This document shows positions 1 through 7,177 of a stretch of DNA of 64,000 nucleotides, piece after piece. The notes under the pieces are model-generated. The model was not told the origin of the DNA. It made no database searches and worked only from the letters and a program-made list of their open reading frames with translations. The position numbers and the translations under genes are program-made. Each line of letters begins with the position of its first letter. The stretch's first letter is position 1. The DNA comes from Christensenellaceae bacterium (GTDB taxonomy: Bacteria > Bacillota > Clostridia > Christensenellales > Borkfalkiaceae), in the NCBI GenBank assembly GCA_045647765.1, contig JAZRMR010000005.1, forward strand, positions 1,522 to 65,521, read 5' to 3'.

Positions 1-126
1 TTAAGCGTTGTTGATTATAGTGGGATTTTAGCCCTTATCAAAAACGCCTTAACCGATAAGATAGATGACCGTGAAATCTTTATGAAAGGTATAGATTATT
101 CTTACTATTACGAAGAAGAGAATTAA
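1..126 (+). CDS. 3' end of an unidentified CDS entering from the left edge (partial)
   Basis: Frame 1 is open from base 1 to TAA at 124-126 (ends ...GIDYSYYYEEEN). No recognisable motif. Confidence 0.35.
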   Translation, partial: LSVVDYSGILALIKNALTDKIDDREIFMKGIDYSYYYEEEN

Positions 127-182
127 AATCAACGATAAAAACTGTCATATTTAGTGTGGTAAATTGCAATAGGAGAAAATTT

Positions 183-374
183 ATGAGTGTAGAATCGAGT
201 GCCGTCCTTGCCGTTAAGAACTTGTTGGATTTTAATCCATATATAAATACTGATTATCTTAATGTGGGAGACAAATACCCTTCATACGATGGGGAGATTT
301 TAATTTATAATAATTCAAAAGGAAAGAAAGATGGCTTAAATCAAGTAAAAGTTCAAATAAAAGGAGAATTTATT
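183..374 (+). pseudogene. Possible N-terminal remnant (64 codons) of a PD-(D/E)xK, DUF4365-like nuclease, running in frame into the next gene
   Basis: AGGAGA RBS at 171-176 and ATG at 183. The peptide ...DKYPSYDGEILIYNNSKGKKDGLNQVKVQIKGE has the D...(Q/E)xK layout recalled for DUF4365-type restriction-endonuclease-fold N-termini. It stops being nuclease-like where the lipoprotein signal peptide begins at 375. Confidence 0.3.
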
Positions 375-872
375 ATGAAAAAGATTTTAAGTTTAATTAT
401 TGTTTTAACACTCGCAGCAGTTTCCTTGTTTGGTTGCAACAGCGCCCCAAAACATTTTACTGGAGAATGGAAGTTCTCAGCGGTAGAAAAAGTTGAATTT
501 ATTCCCGCCCTTGATGAAGGCACTTTAGATATGCTTAAACAGGTATATAACGCAGAAGATGAAGAAAGTATCTTAAACAACGCTTTAGATAGTTTTATTG
601 CAGATAAAACGTTTGAAAATTTCTATCTTAAGTTTGACGGAAAGTACACTTATACTTACGACTCTATTATGGATCGTGAAGCAACTTGGGTTTTCTATCA
701 AACTAGCGAAACTGAAGGATTTATTTCTTTCGATGCTGAATTAGACGTAAATAATGGCAATCCAGACCCTGTAGTATATCCTGAAATTTCTTATAAGGCC
801 GATACGGATGCTATGTTTATAACCTTAAATAATTACGGCTCGTTTATGGTAACTCTTAAATTAACTAGATAA
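375..872 (+). CDS. Lipoprotein of unknown function
   Basis: AAGGAGA RBS at 361-367 and ATG at 375. N-terminus MKKILSLIIVLTLAAVSLFGCNS is a signal peptide with lipobox LFGC. Confidence 0.75.
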   Translation: MKKILSLIIVLTLAAVSLFGCNSAPKHFTGEWKFSAVEKVEFIPALDEGTLDMLKQVYNAEDEESILNNALDSFIADKTFENFYLKFDGKYTYTYDSIMDREATWVFYQTSETEGFISFDAELDVNNGNPDPVVYPEISYKADTDAMFITLNNYGSFMVTLKLTR

Positions 873-938
873 CGTTTACATTAGCGACGCTACTTAACAT
901 AGTTAAGTTGTGTTTTTATAAACAAAAATAAAAAAATC

Positions 939-972
939 GGGTTGGGAAAATGTTTTTCTCAACCCTGTTTTT
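939..972. terminator. Bidirectional rho-independent terminator between convergent genes
   Basis: GGGTTGGGAAAA / TTTTCTCAACCC stem, with an A-run on the left and a T-run on the right. Confidence 0.6.
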
Positions 973-1821
973 TTAAGAAATACCAAATAGTTTTTTGTAA
1001 TAAGCCATATTTTCTTCTGTGGGAAGGTCGTATACAATTGGCTCTCTTCCTAAAGTTTGGTATTTATAATTGCCCATAGTATGATATGGAAGCAGTTCCA
1101 CCGCTTTTATCCGTAGCGAAGCAAGAAATTTTGCCATGGACGAAAGTTCTTCGTTTGCCGTGTTATAACCAGGGATAACGGGTATTCTTACGATTATTTC
1201 GCAGTCTGTTTCTTGTGAAAGTCTTTCAAGATTTTTAAGAATAAGCCGATTTGACACACCCGTGCCTTGTATGTGAAGTTCTTCGGAAAAACATTTGACG
1301 TCGTAGAGAATTAAATCCGTATATGGCAGAACTTTTAAGAAACTGTCGTACGGAACACACCCCGCGGTATCTATCGCTGTGTGCACGCCGTTTCCTTTGC
1401 ATTTTTTTAAAAGTTCTACTAAAAAATCCGCCCTAAGCATACATTCGCCACCCGAAAAAGTTGCTCCGCCACCTGACGAAAGATAAAACTGCTTATCTAA
1501 AAGTATCTCGGACAACACTTGGTCCACGGTGTATTCCTTTCCAACGATTTCTCTTGCCAAAGCGGGACAATATATCGTACATTTTCCGCAAAGGTCGCAA
1601 GAGGCGAATTTGTTCGGGCATTTTTCAAGACATTTGCCACACCCTACGCATTTTTTGCTTTGTATCATCATCTCACGATTCGGACTTTGGCTTTCGGGGT
1701 TATGACACCATTTGCATTTAAGGTTACAGCCCTTGAAAAACACCGTCGTACGAATGCCCGGACCGTCTATAAAAGAGCATTTTTGTATATCGAATATCGT
1801 GGCGGTTTTATCGTTATTCAT
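973..1821 (-). CDS. Glycyl-radical enzyme activating protein (radical SAM)
   Basis: CNLKCKWCHNPE radical-SAM CxxxCxxC motif near the N-terminus, plus two ferredoxin-like clusters (CVGCGKCLEKCP, CDLCGKCTIYCP). Overlaps the stop of the upstream GRE gene by 8 nt. Confidence 0.9.
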   Translation of the reverse strand: MNNDKTATIFDIQKCSFIDGPGIRTTVFFKGCNLKCKWCHNPESQSPNREMMIQSKKCVGCGKCLEKCPNKFASCDLCGKCTIYCPALAREIVGKEYTVDQVLSEILLDKQFYLSSGGGATFSGGECMLRADFLVELLKKCKGNGVHTAIDTAGCVPYDSFLKVLPYTDLILYDVKCFSEELHIQGTGVSNRLILKNLERLSQETDCEIIVRIPVIPGYNTANEELSSMAKFLASLRIKAVELLPYHTMGNYKYQTLGREPIVYDLPTEENMAYYKKLFGIS

Positions 1822-4057
1822 AGAAGTTCCTCGTTAAAAACTCCTTCTGCCATTCAGGCGAAAGGCTAGTAAATTTTGCCGAAAAACCCGTTACGCGAAC
1901 GATAAGGTCGGGATATTTTTCAGGGTGTTTTTGCGCGTCAAGAAGTTGCTGTTTGCTCGTACAGTTGAGTTGAAGTGATTGCATAGAAGATTTTGCCGCT
2001 GCACGAAGAAAAGCCTCACAACTTTCCAGCGTCATTTTTGCCGATGGAAGTATCACGTTTATAACGCTGTTGCCACCGAATAGCGAACAATCAAGTTCGG
2101 TTAGACTATTTATTACGCTAGTGACGTGGGGTATTTTGGTAAGCCTAGACGGTGTAAGCCCTTGCGCAAGATAATCGCCGTTTTTTCTGCCGTCAGGTGT
2201 TGCCCTAGTCACTGCGCCCCACCATCTTACTTCAGTGTACGCTAGGTGCGCAAGAACTACTTTTCCCCCGTAAGTACCGGTGATATTTTTAAGCATTTTA
2301 TCCATATCTTCGTTAAGTCTAGCGCAAAGCTTGGAAGAATCTTTATTACCATCGCCCCATGCGTGACATCTCGTGGCGTCAATGCGCATTTCTTCGTTAC
2401 CCTCCCAGTTGTTTCTGACTGCTTCAAGATATTCTTTTAAAGTGTATTTTTTAGTATCAAAACACAATTCCTTTATCGCAAGCAGTCCGTTAACAACGTT
2501 GACGACGGCAAATATTTCATTTCTATCGTCACGATATCTTGCGCCACCTTCGGTATGGTCCTTTTTCTTTTCAATGCAATCGCAAAGAGTAGAAGAAAAG
2601 ATAGGCAAAGGGTCTACCTTGTGCCAAATATTTCCACCTTCTCTAGTGATACGCGAACGTTCTTCAAGAAGCGTGCGAATATTACGACAAGTAATTTGGT
2701 AAACTTCTTCAAAACTTTCCGCATCGTCGTAAGGTTCAAAGTACATTCCTATTTCCACCATCTTTTTAAAGTCGCGGTGCACGGCAAGTTCCATAGGCTT
2801 TATCAAGTTGACGTAAGAACCGTCGTCAAACTTCTCATATCCGTTTCCGTTAATTCCCCAACAGCCGAAAATAAGGTAATCTCTCGCCTCTTCAAGAGTG
2901 CGTCCGGGCCTAAGAACCGCAGGAATGGTCGCTTCGTCGTTTTGATAAAGTATGACGCTTGAACCGTTTAACAAGGTCTTGTTTGCTTCGTCAAGCATTT
3001 CCTTGGGCGACTCGGAAGAATAGCGAAGTTTGGGTTTAGGATATATTAATTTTTCCTCACGCGTAGCACGAAGGAACATTAAAGTCAAATCGTTACATAA
3101 AGGGCTACCGTCAAGATTACATCCACCAAGAACGTAAGTATTTTCTAGTTCGTGGTCCGAATACCCTTCAAACTTCATATCTCGGTCGTAGTGGCAATCA
3201 AAGGTAAGTAAAAACATAGAAATAAGCGCATACGCTTGGTCGGGCGTGATTTTCCCTTCGTCCAAATCCCTTTTGTAGAATGGATAGAGATCCATATCGA
3301 TACGCCCAAAACTACTTAAACCTATACCCTCAAGCGAACCTACGGCTTTTCGCAAAAAAGCGTAACTGTTTAACGCTTCGTAAAAACTTTGCGGGGCTTT
3401 CCACGGACACCTTTCGGCGCTAATGGCAATGCGTTCAAAATATGCTTTCGAAGTTTCGTCAGGTGCTTTATTTATCATTTCTTTTGCTTTTTTAGCAAAC
3501 TTTTCTGAAATACGCTTTATGCAAAGCATACCTTCGCACACTGAAGAAAGAAAATCTTTTTCATGTTCGGTGGCGTTTTCCATTTGTGCCTTTGCCCTTT
3601 CATATACACCTTTAAGCCCCTCTTCGAGAATCGGACGGTGATTAAAGCAAAAATGCTGTGTCAAATCGTTATAAGGACCGCAGATAAGATACATCTTTTC
3701 CGTCTTCTGCCTAATAACTAATTTCATAAGTTCGGGATTTTGCTCCATAAACAAATGCTCGTTGCGCCAATAAGTCCAACCCCCTGCGCTTTTGTGTCCC
3801 CTAAAATCCCGCGCTCCGTCACATATGCCGGCTAACGTTCCCGTTTCGTAGTAAAACGGGGAATTGAAAAAAAGTATAGGGTCCATATTTTCAGTAATAA
3901 CGCGATATTGTAACCGTTTCATCGCAAACGGTGTCATAGACTCGTCGTACAATCGGTCAAGTTTTTCAAGACAAAGGTCGCAAAAATCTTTCGCTCTTGC
4001 ATTTGACTCTTTCAAATAGTAATCCTTTAACTCGTTGCACAGTTTTTCGTAATTCAT
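1814..4057 (-). CDS. Glycyl-radical enzyme, PFL2/glycerol-dehydratase-like family, substrate unknown (747 aa)
   Basis: C-terminal glycyl-radical motif LIVRVTGFSAKFTSL. Internal GGCNLDGSPLCNDLT and PDGRKNGDYL motifs are typical of the family. GGAGG RBS upstream of ATG at 4057. Confidence 0.9.
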   Translation of the reverse strand: MNYEKLCNELKDYYLKESNARAKDFCDLCLEKLDRLYDESMTPFAMKRLQYRVITENMDPILFFNSPFYYETGTLAGICDGARDFRGHKSAGGWTYWRNEHLFMEQNPELMKLVIRQKTEKMYLICGPYNDLTQHFCFNHRPILEEGLKGVYERAKAQMENATEHEKDFLSSVCEGMLCIKRISEKFAKKAKEMINKAPDETSKAYFERIAISAERCPWKAPQSFYEALNSYAFLRKAVGSLEGIGLSSFGRIDMDLYPFYKRDLDEGKITPDQAYALISMFLLTFDCHYDRDMKFEGYSDHELENTYVLGGCNLDGSPLCNDLTLMFLRATREEKLIYPKPKLRYSSESPKEMLDEANKTLLNGSSVILYQNDEATIPAVLRPGRTLEEARDYLIFGCWGINGNGYEKFDDGSYVNLIKPMELAVHRDFKKMVEIGMYFEPYDDAESFEEVYQITCRNIRTLLEERSRITREGGNIWHKVDPLPIFSSTLCDCIEKKKDHTEGGARYRDDRNEIFAVVNVVNGLLAIKELCFDTKKYTLKEYLEAVRNNWEGNEEMRIDATRCHAWGDGNKDSSKLCARLNEDMDKMLKNITGTYGGKVVLAHLAYTEVRWWGAVTRATPDGRKNGDYLAQGLTPSRLTKIPHVTSVINSLTELDCSLFGGNSVINVILPSAKMTLESCEAFLRAAAKSSMQSLQLNCTSKQQLLDAQKHPEKYPDLIVRVTGFSAKFTSLSPEWQKEFLTRNFYE

Positions 4058-4140
4058 AACGTCCTCCTATAACGTTTTTTATTAGAGTATATCACGGCAC
4101 AGATAGGCTGAAAATGATTTATTAAGAAATTTTTGTATAA

Positions 4141-4186
4141 TACGGAAATCTATATTGACTTTTTACGGAAATCCTTATTGACTTTT
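4141..4186. promoter_or_regulatory. Two tandem 23-bp direct repeats in the divergent GRE/araC control region (candidate AraC-type operator)
   Basis: TACGGAAATCTATATTGACTTTT (4141-4163) and TACGGAAATCCTTATTGACTTTT (4164-4186) differ at 2 positions. The second copy carries the -35 of the araC-side promoter. Confidence 0.5.
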
Positions 4187-4205
4187 TGTCAAAAAAGGAT
4201 ATAAT
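4178..4205 (+). promoter_or_regulatory. Candidate sigma-A promoter of the AraC-family gene
   Basis: TTGACT (4178-4183), 16-nt spacer, TATAAT (4200-4205). The spacer contains the palindrome TTGAC-TTTTT-GTCAA. Confidence 0.45.
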
Positions 4206-4228
4206 AAACGTATAAATTTGAGGTGGCT

Positions 4229-4984
4229 ATGAGATTTGATGAAATAAGAATTGATAGCATTAATACAATAATTCGATACAAACCCGACACGCTTTCTTTT
4301 CGGGCGGAAAACAGAAAGGACCATATTATAGGAATAAATATAAGCGGTTCAGCAATGCACGACCTTGGGTGTAAAAAACTTAATATTTATCCCGACTATA
4401 TCTATTTTTTCAATCAAAAAGACGATTACGACGCGATAACTACCGAAGTGGGATATTGTTATTCTATTCATTTCACCACAAGTGAACCAATAGAAACGGA
4501 AAGTTTTTGCAAGAAAGTTGGAAACACCGAAGAAATAATAAAAAAAATAAAAAAGGTAGAAGACTGCTGGCTTCGCCGTGGCGAAGGTCAGCTTGCAATG
4601 CTATCTAATTTTTATGCGCTATGCGATGTTATTTTCAGCTCGTATAAAGCACCGTATGCCCCAAGCGATACTAGAGTAGTTGCCGCTAAAGAATATATGG
4701 ATTTGCACTTTAAGGAAAAATCTTGTCTTGCCGAATCGGTCGCGAAAGCTCGTCTATCTAGGCGCAGATTTAACGACGTGTTCAAACTTCGCTACGGAAT
4801 CACACCCAACAGATACATCATTTCAAAGAAACTTGAGTACGCTAAACAACTTCTTGACGTAGGATATCTTCCGATAGCGGAAGTTGCGGATATGGCAGGC
4901 TTTAACGACGTGTACTATTTTAGTAAGCAGTTTAAGTTGGAAATGGGAATAACCCCAGGAAACTATAAAAAAGACGGTAAGTAA
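4229..4984 (+). CDS. AraC-family transcriptional regulator
   Basis: C-terminal double HTH region (...RRRFNDVFKLRYGITPNRYIISKKLEYAKQLL...IAEVADMAGFNDVYYFSKQFKLEMGITPGNYKK). GAGGTG RBS before ATG at 4229. Divergent from the GRE operon. Confidence 0.85.
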   Translation: MRFDEIRIDSINTIIRYKPDTLSFRAENRKDHIIGINISGSAMHDLGCKKLNIYPDYIYFFNQKDDYDAITTEVGYCYSIHFTTSEPIETESFCKKVGNTEEIIKKIKKVEDCWLRRGEGQLAMLSNFYALCDVIFSSYKAPYAPSDTRVVAAKEYMDLHFKEKSCLAESVAKARLSRRRFNDVFKLRYGITPNRYIISKKLEYAKQLLDVGYLPIAEVADMAGFNDVYYFSKQFKLEMGITPGNYKKDGK

Positions 4985-5002
4985 CACTATAAAAGTTTTA
5001 AC

Positions 5003-5036
5003 AAAAAAAGGATAGCCTCTTCGACTATCCTTTTTT
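5003..5036. terminator. Bidirectional rho-independent terminator
   Basis: A7-GGATAG-cctcttcga-CTATCC-T6. Confidence 0.65.
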
Positions 5037-5040
5037 GTTG

Positions 5041-5190
5041 GCACACCGTAAGGGACGCTCCTCCGCTTTCGCTACGGAGTCCTCGCCCTTCTCTGTTTGC
5101 CCGTCATTTGACGGACGAACCGTAGGGGTTCTCGCCCTTACTACAAGCAAAAAAGGACCCCCATAAAGCGCGTTTCCCTTAGGGATTTTT
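5041..5190 (-). ncRNA. GC-rich structured intergenic element (candidate small RNA or miniature repeat element); strand uncertain
   Basis: Visibly GC-rich relative to its AT-rich flanks. The ends are complementary: CCGTAAGGGACGC at 5046-5058 and GCGCGTTTCCCTTAGGG at 5168-5184. Internal hairpins are CCGTCA-TT-TGACGG (5101-5114) and CTCCGC-TTTC-GC-TA-CGGAG, whose loop is GAAA on the minus strand. A TATAAT (minus strand, 5198-5203) lies to the right and the 5003-5036 terminator to the left. No credible ORF. Confidence 0.25.
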
Positions 5191-5341
5191 AAGACATTAT
5201 AAAAGAGTAGCAAAATTTTGCTACTCTTTGCTTTTTTGCTTTGCAAAAACACACGACTTTGTTTGCAAAGTATAGTGTGCTACACTTTTGAAAATATTTT
5301 TCCACAAAACGAAACAACTCGATAAATTGGAATTTGTTTTC

Positions 5342-5370
5342 TTGACATTTAAATTTGATTGTGATATTAT
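5342..5370 (+). promoter_or_regulatory. Candidate sigma-A promoter of the pnuC-like gene
   Basis: TTGACA (5342-5347), 17-nt spacer, TATTAT (5365-5370). Confidence 0.55.
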
Positions 5371-5402
5371 TAAGAAAAATAACTGCCACCGGGTAGTACA
5401 AT

Positions 5403-5466
5403 GCATTTGCATTCGTTTACACATCGTTAGGTCTTAGAAGATGTGTATGCGGATGCTTATTTTTTT
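5403..5466 (+). terminator. Leader terminator/attenuator hairpin immediately upstream of the pnuC RBS
   Basis: Outer stem GCATTTGCAT (5403-5412) pairs with ATGCGGATGC (5447-5456), 10 bp with 2 G-U pairs. Inner stem is ACACATC (5419-5425) with GATGTGT (5440-5446). It is followed by TTATTTTTTT, then GGAG (5467-5470) and ATG at 5476. Confidence 0.45.
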
Positions 5467-5475
5467 GGAGACTTT

Positions 5476-6162
5476 ATGAAAAGAGTATGCAATTATTTTT
5501 CAAGGACAGAGTTTACCTTATGGTCGGTATCCGTTATCTTTATCGTTTTGTCATTCTGCATTTTTGACCGTGAAAGCTACATGACATTGATAGCATCCTT
5601 GATTGGTGTTACCTCACTAATTTTCAATGCAAAGGGCAATCCCATAGGGCAGGCTCTTATGATTGCTTTCAGCTTGATTTACGGCATCATATCCTACGCC
5701 TTCTCTTATTACGGTGAAATGATTACATACCTCGGAATGACGATGCCGATGGCGCTCTTTGCTCTTATTTCTTGGTTGAAGAACCCATACAAAGGTAACA
5801 AGGCAGAGGTCAAGGTAAATAATATCGGTAAAGCAGAACAACTCCTTATGTGGCTACTCACGCTCATCGTTACAGTAGTGTTTTATTTCATTCTTGATTA
5901 CTTCAATACAACGAATATTGTACCAAGCACTATTTCTATAACCACGAGCTTTCTCGCTGTATATCTGACTTTTCGCAGATGTCCGACCTTCGCCTTGGCT
6001 TATGCCGCAAACGATATTGTCTTGATTGTTTTATGGGTGTTGGCGAGTCTGTCGGATATTCGCTATATATCCGTCGTTGTCTGCTTTGTGGCTTTTCTGT
6101 TCAACGATATTTATGGTTATATCAGTTGGCAACGAATGAAAAGAAGGCAGTCCAATAAATAA
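5476..6162 (+). CDS. pnuC: PnuC-family (nicotinamide riboside-type) transporter
   Basis: Multi-TM protein with PnuC-like sequence (...NAKGNPIGQALMIAFSLIYGIISY...ISWLKNPYKG...AANDIVLIVLW...FLFNDIYGYISW). RBS GGAG before ATG at 5476. Confidence 0.8.
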   Translation: MKRVCNYFSRTEFTLWSVSVIFIVLSFCIFDRESYMTLIASLIGVTSLIFNAKGNPIGQALMIAFSLIYGIISYAFSYYGEMITYLGMTMPMALFALISWLKNPYKGNKAEVKVNNIGKAEQLLMWLLTLIVTVVFYFILDYFNTTNIVPSTISITTSFLAVYLTFRRCPTFALAYAANDIVLIVLWVLASLSDIRYISVVVCFVAFLFNDIYGYISWQRMKRRQSNK

Positions 6163-6249
6163 ACTCAATTCGTCAAATTCTTATTTATCGGTGAGTTTAT
6201 TATATCAAAAAAGTAAAATTTATTCAAGTTGTTTTGCGTGGTTAAAAGA

Positions 6250-6277
6250 AAACTCGACTTATGAAAAGTCGAGTTTT
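6250..6277 (+). terminator. Rho-independent terminator after pnuC
   Basis: AAACTCGACTT-atgaa-AAGTCGAGTTT followed by Ts. Confidence 0.7.
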
Positions 6278-6293
6278 ATAAGTTGTTCAATTT

Positions 6294-6335
6294 AAATCCC
6301 TATGGGAAGAGCGGCAAGCGAGTGGTTCTTTTTGT
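6294..6335. repeat. Partial inverted copy of the right end of the 5041-5190 element
   Basis: AAATCCCTATGGGAAGAGCGG...GGTTCTTTTTG aligns by eye with the reverse complement of 5145-5190 (AAATCCCTAAGGGAAACGCGC...GGTCCTTTTTTG). Confidence 0.4.
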
Positions 6336-6503
6336 TTTAACTTTATAGATAAACTAGAATCAACAACCATATCCCGACCCGACAACCGTTATGCTATTGA
6401 AACTGAGAAAATGTCGAATTCAATTTAGCGCTTTATGTATTTACAAAACGAAGCAGGTGTGTTATAATATTATTACTAAATGTCTAAGAAATACGAGGTT
6501 AAT

Positions 6504-7169
6504 ATGTATCGAAAAAATACTACTATTTTGGGTGTTCAATGCGCAGTGTTGTATCCTGACGATTTTGAAGAAAGTAAAAATTATCCAGCATTATTTGTTT
6601 TAAACGGGGCGGGTTCTAGAGGCAATAAAATTGACAGTGTTGTAAATCAAAACTTGTTTGACACTGTTAGTGGTTTTAATTTTGTGGTTTATATACCGCT
6701 CTGCGACGTTAACACTTGGTTTGATATGTATGAAAGATTGTTGCGTTTTGTAGACGAAGTAATTTCTTTCTCATTTGTAGATAAAGACCGCATTTATGTA
6801 ATGGGCGTTAGTATGGGCGGATATTGCGCTTGGCAACTTGGAATGAGTATCCCACAAAAGTTGGCGGCAATAGTCCCTATTTGCGGAGGGGGAATGTACT
6901 GGAACGCAAGGCGATTAATTAACGTTCCCGTTTGGGCGTTTCACGGCGAAAAAGATACTTCCGTCAGCGTGGAAGAATCCAAAAAAATGGTTGAACTGGT
7001 CAATGCTATCGGTGGGAATGCAAAACTTACTATATATGAAAACACCTATCACGACGCGTGGACCCCAACTTATAAAAACCCGTGCGTATTTGAATGGTTG
7101 TTAAGCATTAAAAACGATAACGCTAAGGAGATTATAGACCCATATATAGACCCGAAAAATTTTGGATAA
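6504..7169 (+). CDS. Alpha/beta-hydrolase (esterase/peptidase S9-like)
   Basis: Nucleophile elbow GVSMGG and downstream WAFHGEKD and YHDAW motifs. GAGG RBS before ATG at 6504 (the track ORF starts earlier, at 6480). Confidence 0.75.
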   Translation: MYRKNTTILGVQCAVLYPDDFEESKNYPALFVLNGAGSRGNKIDSVVNQNLFDTVSGFNFVVYIPLCDVNTWFDMYERLLRFVDEVISFSFVDKDRIYVMGVSMGGYCAWQLGMSIPQKLAAIVPICGGGMYWNARRLINVPVWAFHGEKDTSVSVEESKKMVELVNAIGGNAKLTIYENTYHDAWTPTYKNPCVFEWLLSIKNDNAKEIIDPYIDPKNFG

Positions 7170-7177
7170 GGCAAATT

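Noticed and set aside
156-374. A 238-aa ORF starting at 156, as given in the track.
   Set aside because: The lipoprotein signal peptide with its own strong RBS starts at 375. The upstream 73 codons are better explained as a separate remnant.
5049-5141. tRNA-like cloverleaf in the GC-rich island: a 7-bp closing stem GTAAGGG/CCCTTAC enclosing three hairpins, about 93 nt.
   Set aside because: There is no TTCGA-type T-loop, no plausible D-arm, and no anticodon-loop geometry on either strand. The closing stem also competes with the terminal pairing of the whole element.
5025-5424. Minus-strand ORFs 5025-5252, 5189-5401 and 5221-5424 in the araC-pnuC spacer.
   Set aside because: They span terminators, promoters and the GC-rich element. 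They have no RBS and no recognisable protein features.
5371-5475. NAD+-II (pnuC motif), TPP or FMN riboswitch upstream of pnuC.
   Set aside because: I could not find their conserved cores by eye: no C-rich ACANCCCC-like element, no CUGAGA/ACCUGA pair, and it is far too short for FMN. The region is kept as an unclassified attenuator instead.
6340-6480. Possible small RNA or tRNA fragment in the spacer before the hydrolase gene (ATATCCCGACCCGACAACCG).
   Set aside because: No stable stem-loops or terminator. Only a promoter-like TTTACA, 17 nt, TATAAT for the downstream gene.
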